From Eledone cirrhosa (taxonomy: Eukaryota), in contig OZ024749.1 of the NCBI GenBank assembly GCA_964016885.1, forward strand, positions 53,692,001 to 53,756,000: a DNA stretch of 64,000 nt. The letters run 5' to 3'. The translations under genes were made by a program, and so were the position numbers. This document shows, in pieces, positions 12,201-26,375 of this stretch. Below the pieces are notes generated by a model, which saw only the letters and a program-made list of their open reading frames with translations, ran no database searches and was not told the origin of the DNA. Position 1 is the stretch's first letter. Every line of letters starts with the position of its first letter.

Positions 12201-13121
12201 CTGCAAAAAGAAACACATATAACATATATATATAAATAGCAAATATGTTATGGTGGTGTGTGTGTTATGGTAGTGTATGTGTAGTACTGTGGTGTGTGTG
12301 CGTGCTACTATTGTCAGGGATCTACATCTCTCTTATGTAAAGTCTCAATATAAACTTTATTAATCAGGAGGAGGCAGGACAATTCCCAAGACCCTTGGAG
12401 GAAGGAAGGTATCCCAAAACAAAATAGCTGGTCTAGATGCTTGCAACAGAGGGCAATTTAATTAAATTTACAACTCAAGTAGGCCACAGAGGGATTTGAA
12501 CTCAGAACACAAATGGGTTGAACAAATACTGCAAGGCATTACATCTGACACACTAATGAATCTTTTAATCCCTACCCTGAACTTTATTTTACTGACCTCG
12601 AAATGATAAAAAGCAAACATGACATTGGCAGTATTTGACCTTAGAATACAGAGAGTCACAACAAATATTGTAGAGTATTTAGTCTTACATTCTAACAACT
12701 CAAATCATGACCATCTCACCTTTTTTTCAGAAATACTGTGAAAAGTGTATCTTGGACTACACTATCTAATGTGCCTATTTTTAAAAAGATACAGTATGGT
12801 TAGAGAGCAACCTAACTGCTATTTCTAGCAAGTGGTTCCAATGACCACATAGTGGTTCCCAACGAACTCAATACACAATACAGCAGAGACATCAGTTCTG
12901 AAACTTTTGTGTCTTTGTATCAAACAGAAACGCCCAATATGCGTGACTAGAGTTGAAAAGTAACTTCATTTATTAATATTTAATCATTACCTGAGAGATA
13001 TTGTATTGAGAAAGGGTGGGGGAAGAGAGAGAGGAGGGAGTTGAAAATCAACATTTACCATAAATATGTAAACAGTGAGAAAGAGTGTATAAAAAAAAAT
13101 GAAATAAAATATATCACTTAC

Positions 13122-13248
13122 CAGTATGCCAAACATAATGCACCCATACATAGGTGCTAGCAGCAAAGAAAAGCCACTGAACAGGTATGAAGAGATAACA
13201 GATGACATCTGATGTGATAGCAATACAAACAAAAAATACAGAAAAGGC
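13122..13248 (-). CDS. MACO1: Macoilin exon 3
   Basis: AFSVFFVCIAITSDVICYLFIPVQWLFFAASTYVWVHYVWHT; canonical AG/GT ends. Confidence 0.96.
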
Positions 13249-13924
13249 CTGAAAAACAAAAACAAAACCAAAATAATGAAAAAATAAATAGAAACAACAT
13301 GAAAACAAAACAAAAAATTGAATAAATGATAAATATGGCAAACATGATGTTTATTAGAAGATTTAAGGTAAATATAATATAGGTGTAGCTGTTTAAATTA
13401 GAAGATAACTATTATACTGCTATAGAAGGAGCCAGAATTATACGGGTTTATTATCTTTAGATGTTCAATGTTTTAACAATTCCACCAATCCACTGACTTG
13501 GAAATGGGACTTAATTTTATCAACCATGAAAAGATGAAAGGTAAAGTTGGCCTCAGTGGGGTTTCAACTCTGAACACATACAGCCAGAACAAATACCACA
13601 AGGTAATTAGTCCTACACTCTAACAATTCCTTGTTAGTCCTCCTTCTCCCCTTCCTCCTCCTCATTGTTTAACATGTTTTCCGTCCTAGCAAAGGTTAAA
13701 CAAGTCATCACAGACTGGCCTGTACCCAAGTAGAGCTTCTGGCCTCCAAGTAGGCCAGTGGGCCTGACATATGATCTGGCACTCTATTGAATTCATGGCA
13801 CCAAAACTAGGGAAGTTGTCATGACCTTGGCATAACTGAAGACTCTTCCTGACCCTTTGTTTGGTAAGTTTTCTATGGCTGGATACCCTTCCTAAACTCA
13901 ACAGCAGGTGATCTCTAATTTGCA

Positions 13925-14660
13925 CTTGACAGGTTTGATGCCGAGTGCTGCATGGCTGGAATAAAAATCAGTGCTGCGAAAACTGAGACAATCGTCCTCT
14001 CAAGAAAGCCTGCGCAGTGCACTCTATATGTGAAAGTTCCACTGAAACAGGTGGAGAATTCAAGTATCTCAGGACCGTGTTCACAAGTGATGGAAGACAG
14101 GAGGCTGAATTAAGTGCAAGAATTACAAGAGCTGGTGCAGTAATGTGCCAGCTTCAGCATTCGGTAATCAAAAGAAAGGTGGTAGGTGTAAAAGCCAAAC
14201 TCGCTATCTTCAATTCAGTATTCATGTCAACCTTTACCTATGGTTATGAATCTTGGATAATGATCGAAAGAATACAAGCGGCTGAAATTGGATTTTTCCG
14301 AAGGGTTTTTGAAGCAACGTTGCTTGACAGAGTGCGTAGCTTGGAGATGAAAGTCACTCCAGGTAGATACACTACTTTTCCAAATTGTGAGATCACAGCT
14401 CCAATACTACAGACATGGTTAGAATGTCACAGGAAAGAATCGCTGGACAGATTTTACAGGCTAAACTAACTGGTAGCAGACCCAGGGGTAGACCCCAAGC
14501 AAGATAGTTGGATAACATCCATGAGCTTGGCTGGTCTCGCTTGGGCATCCAGCTGGATCAATTGAAGATGGTTGCTTCTGACAGGACTTGCTGGAAGGAG
14601 TGTTTGAGGACTCTGCCCCCACGACCCTCTCAGGAATAAGTGGACAAAGAAGAAGAAAAA
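13925..14660 (+). mobile_element. Degenerate RTE-like LINE fragment of a third family (related piece at about 16764-16905)
   Basis: EFKYL..F..DGRQEAE..ARI, TYGYESW, RIQAAEI.FFRR: RT C-terminal motifs. Confidence 0.8.
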
Positions 14661-15087
14661 TAGAAAAAGACAGGATGGTCACTGTTGGAACACTTCCTAT
14701 CACAGGCATGCTTAATCAGTGGAAAATTCATAATCTGAGGAAATTTCTCTACTTTTATGCATATCACTTCGATTAACAGCTAAAGACTACTGCTATATTT
14801 ACCATTATACACCCAAAGGGCAAAGCTTTGTTGAAAGTGACAGCAAAATGTTTGGAATAATAATAATGAAATTATCTTTTAATCTCTTCATTAATTCCAG
14901 AATCCCATTGTTAATCAGCTCAGTAATTCTATAGTTATTTTTTTAATTTCTCCTCAAAGTTTCAGGGAATGGCAGGTAACAGATATCAGCAAATAAAGAA
15001 TGTGCTGAAGTCGACAATATATTGGTTCATTGCGAAAATATCTTTGTTCATTTCATTGGAAAAGCGAACGTAAAATGATGATGATGA

Positions 15088-15153
<66 letters not shown>

Positions 15154-15158
<5 letters not shown>

Positions 15159-15338
15159 GTAGAAATAGAAGCTTTCGCCGTATTTTTGACTAAAGAAATT
15201 TTAGCCTGATGAAAGGGATGAGTATTGACATATGTCAATACTCATCCCTTTCCATTCTTTTAGAGGGTTTTAAACCCCACTATCAGACTAAAATTCCTTT
15301 AGTCAAAAATACAATGAAAGCTTCGATTTCTACTAAAT
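15154..15338. repeat. Nested inverted repeat (outer ~57-bp arms, inner perfect 42-bp palindrome 15211-15252)
   Basis: Direct inspection; a related single-arm copy lies at about 29236-29318. Confidence 0.9.
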
Positions 15339-15409
15339 TTCAAACCACTCAGTTTCCAAACAAACTTATATATATATAAAAATCTTAAAAACAATTTAAA
15401 TATACTTAC

Positions 15410-15551
15410 CAGGCCTTGATATTTAAATGAATCATATACACTCCTTAGCAATAACCAAAATGGCCAAAGATATTCGAAGCGAAATTCCGAAATGAAGTCA
15501 GCCATTACAACTAGAGCCCAAACCATAAAAAACTTCAGGTAGAGGAATGTA
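15410..15551 (-). CDS. MACO1: Macoilin exon 2 (transmembrane region)
   Basis: TFLYLKFFMVWALVVMADFISEFRFEYLWPFWLLLRSVYDSFKYQGL; tttcag acceptor, gtaagt donor. Confidence 0.96.
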
Positions 15552-16006
15552 CTGAAAAGACAAAAAAGACAACATTTTTAAAGTATGGCAAACAACACAG
15601 ATCACAAGAATATCCCTTACTGAAAAGAAAAAAAAAACAATTGTATTGCAATAAAATGCAGAAGTATGTAGGATAACATGTAAACAAGTAGTGAATTGTG
15701 GCCATGCTAGGGCAGCAGAGAACACCACAACTAGACAATATACTTTATCATGGTCAAGAGTTGTACTAATCCTTGTGAGAGCAACCTGCTTCTACCTCAG
15801 CTTCTATTAAACATAACCACAAATTTTAAAGAGTTTCTATTTAAATTTAAACCTTCCATCCCTTACCTAAGGTCATGAATCTTTGTTAATGACCAAAAGA
15901 ATATGATTGCAAATACAAGTGGCCGAAATAGGGCTCCTGTGAAGTGTCTTTGGGGATAATGTTACACGATAAAGTGCATAGCTTGGAAATCAGAGTTAAT
16001 ATAATA

Positions 16007-16198
16007 TAATTGTTTCTACGTTTGACACAAGGCCAGCAATTACCCAGTGCATTACTGGTACTTTATTTTATCGACCCCGTAAGGATGAAATGCAAAGTTA
16101 ACCTCGGCGGGATTTGAACTCAGAATGGCAAGGGCCGTAACTCTATATGTCAAAGCAAGGCGTCCGACCCTCTACTGATACTGCCAATCCACTGCCCT
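16007..16198 (-). mobile_element. tRNA-derived SINE family 1 (other copies about 17764-17943 -, 24270-24445 -, 29803-29970 -, 34730-34907 +, 34938-35152 -, 41880-42082 +, 48957-49050 -, 52340-52510 -)
   Basis: Pol III A box (TGGCAGTATC.G) and B box (GAGTTCAAATCC), followed by a Nin/Deu-like core (tttcatccttacggggtcgataaaataaagtaccag); multicopy in the window. Confidence 0.85.
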
Positions 16199-16329
16199 AA
16201 TAATGAACAATAATGAAACTATTGTGCACAGTGCTCAGGTGCACTACAACTCATCAAAGGTGCATGTATAACTTTGATAGGTTTCGGCCAGTATTGGTCC
16301 AGGCCATGTCTAACTTAATAGCACCACTT

Positions 16330-16760
16330 GGCTATAGTACATAGAACAATGTACAAATGTCAGGAAAATGAATAAACAGTGTGAGTCATGATATACATGT
16401 GTGTGTGTGTGTGTGCATGGAGGGGGGGGGGGTATCAGGTATAGTGTTGGCGAATTTCAGGAAGCATGCAAGTTTTAAAGGATGCAATGTCTCAGCAGCT
16501 AACAACTGATGTAGGTAGTTTTTTTCCATGCTTCAGCAACTCTGAGCGTGAAAAAATGTTTCTGAAAGTCATGGGAACTGTACTGTTTTCTGACTTTGTA
16601 GGCACACCCACATGTGTTGGACACATGGAAATCAAAAAAGTGCTCAGGGTTGTTGTTGGCAAGATGGTTAATCATTTTGTGGGTGTTTACCAAGTCAGTT
16701 GCCAGACGTCGGAGTTTCAATGTATCCATGCCCAGGAGGTAAAGCCACTACTTCTCTGAA
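16330..16760 (-). mobile_element. CR1/L2-group LINE 3' fragment
   Basis: TLKLRRLATDL...KHFFTLRVAEAW, typical of the CR1-group ORF2 C-terminus. Confidence 0.75.
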
Positions 16761-17733
16761 TTGAGAGATCACAGCTCCGATATTAGGAGCATGTGGTTAG
16801 AAAGTCTTAAGAAAGAATCGCTGGACAGATTTTACAGGCAAAACCAACCGGTAGGAGTTCCAGGATTAGGCAGCAAGCAAGATGGTTGGATAACATCCAT
16901 GAGCTAGGGCCCCTTCATTGGAGTTGTGCCTGTCATCACTTTTGCATATTTCATTTAGTCACAGTCTCTCTCAATTGTGTGTCTGTGTGTTTTCCATATT
17001 TAAAATGAAAGAGTGTGAAATGAGTGAGATTTGGTTCCTATTTCTAGTTAAGTCAAAAAGCTGATAGAAGCTAGAGAGAAATGAAGCAAGCATGCTTCAT
17101 TGGATGTGCAATGTACAAGGATAAACTGAGAGTAAAAACTGTGATGTAAGAAGAATCAGAAGCAGAGTACAAGAGAAAAGACTGCACTGGTATCAACATA
17201 TGATGTGTGTGGATGATGATTGTTGGGTGATGAAAGATATGCCAAGAGATCTCAGTAGGCTATGAGAAAAAAGGCAACATGTGTGGGGAAGATGTGTTGG
17301 AAAAGACTCATACAACCCATGCAAACACGGAAAGTCATACATAAAATGATTATATATATGTATGTATATAAAACATTGATAAAGAGGACCTAAGGCAGTT
17401 AATTATATATAATTAATCATCTTTGGTCTTCTTTATGAATATAATATTTGTTCTATGAGTTTACTTAAACATCTAAAATAAGAATTCACACAACTCAAGC
17501 AGGATTGTATTTAGACTTCTGAGTAGTTTACCGTAATAAATCTTATATTTTGAGATGTAATAATTTCTTCACCTACCATTGTCTGTTTTTTTTTTAATTC
17601 AAAAATGATATCTTGTAAACTGTATATCTATACATATATATGTATATGTATCACCTGATCAATGAAACAATTGTCAGTACTTGAAATAAAGCCCCTTATT
17701 GTACAGCCAACCATGTTACTCTTCATTCTTTCA

Positions 17734-17765
<32 letters not shown>

Positions 17766-19011
17766 ATTGTTTCTATTTTAGGCACAAGGCCAGCAATTAC
17801 CCAGTACATTATTTTATCGACCCCGTAAGGATGAAAGGCAAAGTTAACCTCGGCGGGATTTGAACTCAGATCATAAAGGGACGTAACTCTATGCTTCAAA
17901 GCATGGTGTCCGACTCTCTACCGATACTGCCAATCCACCGCCCTTATATATATATAAAATAATACCACCAACACTACAACCACCACCACCAACACCAACA
18001 CTACAACCACCACCACCACCACCACCACCAAACCAACACTACAACTACCACCACCAACACCAACACTACAACCACTACCACCAACACCAACATTGGAGAA
18101 AACACTTATAAACTTATTGGGCTTTGTTTGAAAAGATGAAATTTGTGTTAATCTATCAGTGGGGTTTCTTCATTGTATATCATCCCTGTCTGACATGTTA
18201 GAAGAGAAAGGGAAGGTAACGTCTCTCCTTTGTAGAAATGGTGTTTATAACCAATTACTTTTGACATCTGTTGAGAGAGAGAGAGAGAGAGGGAGAGAGA
18301 GAGAGGGGGGGGGCGTTTGTTTATACTTCTGCTTAATTCTACTATCTTTCCATATTCCCTTAGGGAACATTGCATCATAGAATTTCATTTTCAAGAACAT
18401 TTATTTATCATCATAAAAATGTTCTCTAAATCCAAACAAATGCTTTACAAAATTTAGAAATGAGTAATCCACAAATGTTTTTTTAATAATAGAAAGAAAA
18501 AAAAGATAAACTGTTATTAATTTTTACAGAATAAGGAGTTTTAAATGCTTGGCAAAACAAAAAAAAACAAAAAAAATCTTTGCAAAAACTTACAATAAAA
18601 ATGTTAATTGATATGAATTAATTAGAAAAATAAAATGCAAATATGAACCATTCAGATGGAAGGTAATTAAAATAAAAATTGTAATTTAGAAAAGAAAACC
18701 ATATTATTATAATTGTTAGATTGGAAATAATGCCAAAGAGGAAAGATGAAGTTTTAATTAAATATTCCTTCACTGTTGAACTGGTTTCATTAGACTGTGG
18801 CCATGCTGGAGCACAAACATAAAGGTATTTATAGTCGATCATACCAACACCAGTACTTATTATAACAATCTCTTATAGTCAAACTGCTATGTTACAGAAC
18901 ATAAACATAGCCACGAGATGTCAACATGAATGGAACTGTTATTTTTATCTAAAGACATTTTTTCCTATTCCAACCCACCCGTCCCTTCACTCTATCTTAT
19001 TTCTCATTCTT

Positions 19012-19047
19012 TCTTCTGATGAAGGACTAACGTCCGAAACGTTAAGA
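19012..19047 (+). ncRNA. Minimal type-I hammerhead ribozyme motif
   Basis: tctt CTGATGA a ggac-taac-gtcc GAAA cg TT aaga: helix I tctt/aaga, helix II ggac/gtcc, palindromic helix III ACGT. Confidence 0.75.
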
Positions 19048-21396
19048 CACTCTTCCTGCTATATCAAGCATTAACAACTGTTCTATGGGTGGGGCAGATA
19101 TGGAGGGCTATTGAGCATCAACAGGTTTTAGTGTGGAAATCAAACAGTAATTGATTAGTATTGAAAACTATACTAACAGACTAACAAGTGAAGTTAAATA
19201 TACTCAATAGGGGAAACTATAGTGGACTGAATCTAATTGGCAGCATTAGGTGAGTGTATATATATATATATTGAACAATTCAATTGGTATCTGCTCCACT
19301 GTGGCTACAACTTCGATTTATATCTACATCTATATATATATACATAGATATTTACACACACATATATATTTTTTTTCTTAGTGTTTAAAAACCAAAAATT
19401 CATCTTGGTACATTGTCATAATATTTCTAAGTAATCCAGTAGACAAACCAACCAATATCATGTTACTCTTGAATATAATTACTTCCTTTAGCTCAGATAT
19501 TTTTTCTGCATTCGTTTCACTCCAACAAACAGTGCAATGTTGTCTTTTCTTTTTATTCCATTTTATTTTAACAAACAAAACAAAACTAATTGTGAGACAT
19601 CATTAAATTACTCATAAGAAACTTTTATAAATTTTTAAATTCTATTATCTTGCTAGTCAGAAATAATTATACCTGACTAAACTAACGAGAGGACACAGAA
19701 ATTTGGCATGGCCAGGTGGTACTTTGGTGACCCACTCTTCTCAGTTTCAATGCCACTATGATCAGCTTAATATTGGTGGAGAAATAAGTACCAGTATTAC
19801 ACTGGAGTCAATTAAACTTATAATACTGTTTTTCACTCCCAAAATTGGATTTACTAATTCTTAACACTCTCTAATGTTTTAGCAAAGAATATCTAAAAGC
19901 TGGTATAATGTAAAAACAATAATAATATAATGTAAAAACAATAATGATATAATGTAAAAACAATAATGATATAATGTTAAAAGGGTTGAGAGAAGAGGGG
20001 GTTCATATAGTTGAGGGTACATTTTGGAGTAAGATTTTCAGGAAGTTTGTGTTAAATGATACGTGTGGCCAACCATCCACCAAACTAACTACCCAGCCAC
20101 CCAGCCATCCATACAACCACACAGCCACCCAGCCAACCATAATTTTATATTTAATACTTCTGTTATTAATGAAAATAGTTGGCTATCAACATTTAAAAGC
20201 CAATATCAATTTTTTTCCTGGTCATCTTGCCAAAAATCTGGTCCTCAGTTGCAAACATTTGGCAAAAAATCTAAGCTTTTATAAAATTGATTTCATTAAA
20301 AATTTCAAGTCTAGGCAAAACATTGCTAAAATATAGAATATACTCTATGGAAATATAAACCAGGTGTGTGGGAATGTGGGAAGGCACACCTGACCTCACA
20401 GGTATGTCCCTCTCTAACACACCTGACCTACAGGTATGTCTCTCTCTCTAACACACTTGATATCACACTAATTAAGGTGTCTTTACACCTCATTTTCAGG
20501 ATATATCGCTTGCTCTGATCAATCGACAAGATCCCAAACCTCAATCATTTCTATATTTCATCTGCCTGTCACCCACCTTGTGGGTTGTCTCTTTGTTGAC
20601 CACTGGCTGCTGGTTTCTATCCCCAGGGGCATTTTTGCCCATCACTCTCTTTGACAGCATTTATCTGTTTTAACAGCTGTTCTAGCGATGAGTTTTCTCA
20701 TTTTCATATGTATTCAAATACCCTCTCACTTCGCCTTGATCAGAGACAACATAGTTTTTTCATTTATATATATATATAAACAAGACAGAACAAAGGAGGG
20801 ACACAAAATAAATTAATCACTGAGGATGTCACAGAATGTGCGACAAAAGAGCTTTGACAATAAACAAATAAAAAACCAACCAGTTATTAAACTAACTGAC
20901 TGGACGTTTATAATAAATCGAAGTGAAAACCAAAATGTGTGCGTGTGTTTTTATTGGCAGCATGACCCTCCCAAAGTATAACTATATATATGTATATATA
21001 TATATATGAGGGCTGGGTTTAAATGTGCATCTGACCCTGCCAGGCAGTGATGTTTGTTTATGTGTTGCATAACAATACTACCCACAGCCCAATTGTTCAT
21101 CATGCAATGATCTGTACCTTACTTAACAAGTAAGGGTTGGCATCAGGCATCAAGAAGGAAATCTGGCCATAGAATGCTGCCTCAAAAAGTCTCGTCCAAC
21201 CTATGCTAGTGTAGAAAAGTGGACGTAAATACCATGATGTTTCTACAATTAGAAAGTCAGCCACAATAGCCATATTTACATAACTACTTTGCAAACAAAG
21301 ACAACAACAACAACAAAAAGGAAAAAAAAAGATATTTAAAAAAAAAGAATAAACTGCATAACACAACAGCAAACAACACAGGCAACTGCACAAATT

Positions 21397-21628
21397 AACA
21401 CCACCACCACCATTACCAACACGACAACAATTACCACCACTACCACTACAACCATTACCACCACTACCACCACAACAAACCCTTTCACCCTCACCACCAC
21501 TACCAACACAACCATTACCACCACTACCAACACAACCATTACCACCACCACAAGCCTCATCACCATCACCACCACCACAAACCTCATCATCACCACCACC
21601 ACCACCACAACCATCACCCTCACCACTC
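21397..21628. repeat. Degenerate (ACC)n microsatellite (similar at 17963-18091; (GAT)n-type at 48658-48781; many (TA)n/(CA)n tracts elsewhere)
   Basis: Direct inspection. Confidence 0.95.
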
Positions 21629-23597
21629 CAGTCTTTTTATATATCTGTCAAATAACATCCTTTTCAGACAGAGCCTCTATAAGGTTGCTTGACTTGCTAG
21701 AAATAGCAACAGAATCTTCCTGAAACCACACACTACTGTCTTAAAAAAGAAAAAAAAAGGGGGTCAGAATACATTGGATAATGTAATCCTAGATACACAA
21801 TACATTGTGTGTATGGTCCTGTGACTCCTGATGGAATCATAGAGGCAATGTATTGACATGGTGTTTCTTAGGTAGTTCTAAGTCTGGTGGAACCCATCTC
21901 TTTGCAGGTTTGCATACAGCAGATTTCTTCCAAAGAAGGGGAGGGGGGGGGGATCGACCCCCAGTAGTAGACTGGTATTTTTTTTTTATTGACCTCAAAT
22001 AAATGGAAGGCAGAGAGCTGAAACAGATAACACAAAGCATTCTATCTGGCATTTTAACAACTTGGCCACACTGTGTGTGAAATAACAAACAAACAAACAA
22101 ACAGAAAGACTTTCTGATCAGAATTACAATCCTTTTGATTATACGACTACTTAATCAGAGCTGACCTGTGGATAAACAACAACATTCAAACCTTTGAATC
22201 AATTTACAAAAAAAATCACTTCTATTGAAACTGTGTAAACATCACTGCATAAACAACTTCAATCAGTTATGGTTTATCACCCAATATCCACCCATTTATT
22301 TATATAATTATTTATTAATGTCATGAAAGCATGCAGCTACATGGAGCCAAACTACTTGCTTATTGTGACTGGTCAGTCACGCAACAAAGAAGAATAACTG
22401 ATAGGAAGAAGACACTTCAATTTGTCTTCATTCTTTATTTGAGAAACCCTATCCCCCCAAAAAGTGGGTGTTGAGGGATCCTAATCTTGAAATGTTATGA
22501 AATATGGTAAAAAACTATTGTCTTGTTTAGCCATTCTTATTTTACTCTAGCTCCATCATTTTATTCCTTATTCATATTGTATCAGCTTTCCTAATAGATC
22601 CTAATTACATGTTACCCTTTAATATTTACATTATTCTATATTTACTATTATATTTTCATGGTAAAGGCTTTATTTCACATAATTATCTCACATAATATTG
22701 AATCTGTGAGATTTTGACATTTATTTTGAGAACAATACCTTAACATCAGTATGAGAGGCTGATTACAGCTGATTTGAACAAAAAGAGGTGAGAGAATTCT
22801 GGCCAGATACGGCCAGTTTAAATGCTAAAGGGTTAAGGACCGAAACACTTGTTTGAGGGAGAGTTTCTTCTCAGGAGACCTTCTGTCCAGTTACTATTCG
22901 AGAATTTGAAAACAAAAGTGTGGTGGATTCCCCTATAGACAAACAGCTAAAAAGGGAAATTAAACGAAAAGTACACATTTTATCCCCTCTCTGACAACAC
23001 CATCACAAAAACAACTCCATTATTAACAGATAAATGAATATAGTGGAGTAATTTATAGTCGGGAAATCAACCCAGACAGATTAATATATTTAAAAGTAAT
23101 TTTTACATGTTTACATACCACCACCCACTCTTTAACCTCTCTCTCTCTCTGCTGTCTATCTCTCTCTCTCTCTCCTGGACAGACAATATAGATTCTATGA
23201 TTGTCTACATTTACATCCAGAAGAAAAAAGCCAATAAACACAGAGAGGAGGAAATCTGTGAAAAGCTTAATGGTTTATTTACTGAGATGAAACAACTAGT
23301 TAAATATAAACTCAGCAAATATTTTAATTCATAAAACAGACATGGAACAGCTATGAAGGACTTGTGTAATACAGGGGGGACAGGGACGACAACAACAACA
23401 GCTACAACAATAAGATGTATTAACAAAATATCTGAATGACTATTGTTAAAGGAAAGCTCCTATCAATAATATGAGATGTGAACATATTGAAAAAAAAAAG
23501 CACCTAGCAACACAGTCTTTATTTACTTAGTTATTTCAATTGTTGTGTTAGATAATAAATGATGAAATATCAGCTGAATTCAAACATTTATAGAGCT

Positions 23598-23715
23598 AAC
23601 AGTACTACGGTTTATAATACAGATAGTACTATGGTTTATAGTACAAATAGTACTATGGTTTATAGTAACACAAGTACTATAGTTTATAGTAACAACTGTA
23701 CCATGGTTTATAGTA
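23598..23715. repeat. 21-bp minisatellite, about 5 copies (other short tandems: 22-bp at 19904-19977, ~72-bp duplication at 37845-37995)
   Basis: agtactatggtttatagtaca-like unit repeated. Confidence 0.85.
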
Positions 23716-25983
23716 TCCTGCAAACAATCAGCATTTTTACACCAGCTTAATGGAAACTAGAGAAGCCTGCCATTTGTGTGTGTAATTATACAGTCAATGA
23801 TGAGAGAAATGAATTTTATCCCTGAGAGAGGATTCTTTGTGATATTAGAGGGAAACACCATAATATTTAGACTGTGTACATGGCACATTAGACAAGATAG
23901 AAATATTGTAATGAAAATGGTTAAGACAGCCAAGTGTAATTTGAAGGATTTACACTGCTATTTCTAACAGGTTTAGCTGCCACACAGAGGTACCCTTATT
24001 GATAATTAGCAAATTAAAGGAAATACTTTTACTTAGTTGAATAATTTAGCTGATATTAATTACAGATAACTAGACCAATACAATTATGTTGTCCTACTTA
24101 AACCATCATCATCATCATCTAGAGCCTATTTTTCAACGCATGGTTTAGACAGGTTGTCATGAGACAAGTCAGATGAGGTGACCCACATCATATTCATACA
24201 GATCTATACTTTCGTTTCGTTTCAATGGCTGGGTGCTCTACTTAATGCCGACCATGTTACAATCTGAGAGGAGGGGAAGTCAATTAAATCGATCCAGTAC
24301 ATTACTGGTACTTTATTTTATTGATCCCAAAAGAATGAAAGGCAAAGCTAACCTCAACGAGCTCTGAACTCAGAATGTAAAGGGACGCAACTCTCTGCTG
24401 CACAGCATGGTATCAGACACTCTAGTGATAGCGCCAGTCCACTGTCCAAGACAATAATAAAAAATATAAAGCTACGGCCATCACTATCAATCGAGTATGA
24501 CTTAGGAGTGTATACCGTGCTTTTGCTAAGGGTTTTAGGTGCCTATACAGTCACAAACCTACATAGATACTCTCCTGAACCTCAGTCCCTTGCAGAACAT
24601 ATGTGATGTGACAGCTGGAAGGAGAGAAAGCTACCCCAGAACTGGGTTAGTACTTGTTTTTTTTCATCAACGCTGAAAGAATGAAAAACAAAGTGGACCG
24701 TAGCAGGATTTGAACTCAGAATGCCGAAGGCTGGAACAAATTACCCAATGTTCTAACCTCTCTGCCAAACTAATAAAGAATCTTTATGAAAGGCGAAAGA
24801 ACACTTTAAGTAAATCATCTACCAATGTTCTAGTCAAATGTAGATTGTGTTAGTTGTTGTTGTTACAGCTCTCACCTATGTAGGTTTAGCTGGCCTCAAA
24901 TGTGTGTTTTAATGACAAGGGGCCCCAGTTCTGTGTATTAGTACCCTTTCGTATTTATCATGGTACCTTTGGGTATACAGATATGGAGCAGATATATCTA
25001 GTTTATTTCGTTAGCTACCAGTTCTGGGAAACAGGCACAAGAAGGAATAGTTTCTATTAAAAGTGTTTTTGACATCAGCCCTCATGGGACAAGTTCTGAT
25101 TCTTCAATAGAAATATATCATCTTTGTTATTTTAACATCTCCTTTCCCTGTTAGAAAAAGTTGGATGGGTCCATATAGACCAAGTCAGTACTGAAGCAGA
25201 GCCACTGATCTCCCAAGCAGGCCAGGGATCTGTATCTCATTTATGTAAGGTCTCACCTTCCACCAAGTGCTCAGAAGAAGTTGTCATACCTTTGACACAA
25301 CTGAGGGTCTTCCCAACCCTTTGTCGGGCAAGATTTCTATGGCTGTATGCCCTTCCTATCACCAACCACTTTATAGTATGTATTGGGTGCATTCATATAA
25401 TCATATATATATAATATTAAAAACGGGTGACAAACCAAAGGCTTGATGGAGTTCAAATCATTCATTTCTACGACTGTTTAGATTTACTGAAATACAATTG
25501 TAGTCATCTATAACAATTTGCCAATTAATTAATTATATTGACAATAATGGTAATTACATTTCAAAAATCTTCCCAGGAAATAAACTTCTAGACTTGGTTA
25601 ATAATTGTCCCATTAGTGAGTAGGCGTGTGACAATAAAGTAGAGATAAAAGCTACACAATTATTTAACTCTGTGATTTTCTATAGATGACTAACACATTG
25701 AGATATAATGCACTTGGTAATAACTGAGTGTTATTTTCACATCTATTGATCTCATACAGACATGGACAATAATGTTTAACTTCTCGCTCCATTGAGTGCT
25801 TTGTAATTGCCTCAACAACTCGATTAATATCTGCTGTATGGCGGCTACAACTTCGATTCATACCCATTATGTATATATATATATCTTTATTTGTTAATTT
25901 TTCATTCGCACCGTTTCCTTTCGCTATATGTCTCTCCACCACTCCCTTACACACCTTTTGAACTCTGTTCCCACACACTTCTC

Positions 25984-26015
25984 ACCTGAGGAAGGGCTTA
26001 TGCCCGAAACGTCGT
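25984..26015 (+). ncRNA. Minimal type-I hammerhead motif in a Penelope-like terminal repeat
   Basis: ac CTGAGGA a gggc-ttat-gccc GAAA cg TC gt, with GUC cleavage triplet and a downstream AATAAA. The 3' flank recurs inverted at about 48115-48195. Confidence 0.75.
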
Positions 26016-26375
26016 CCCCTACCTACCCCCCACTCTCCTGAGCGTGAAATTAATAAACATTTATTGTACTGCCTCTCTGTTTTGTCCCTGTTCAAATTTT
26101 GCCTATATATATATATATAATAGCCTTTATCAAAATGTTCCTATTTAAATTACTAGGGAGTGAATTGGCAGAGTCCTTAAAGCATTGGAAAGTATATGTT
26201 GAGCTGTTCATTCTCATCCTCTGAGTTCAACTCCTGCCAAGGCCAACATTGTCATACATTCTTTTGGGGTTAATAAAATAAGGTAGCAGCCCAAAGCAGA
26301 TGATTGGCAGAATTATTTTCCCTTGGAAAATAGTAAGGAAAAAAAAAGAACACATTGTTCAGACCAGAGTTTGTA

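Noticed and set aside
17532-17579. Alternative first coding exon of macoilin (MVGEEIITSQNIRFIT|gtaaa)
   Set aside because: Ends in phase 0 whereas exon 2 needs phase 2; weak donor.
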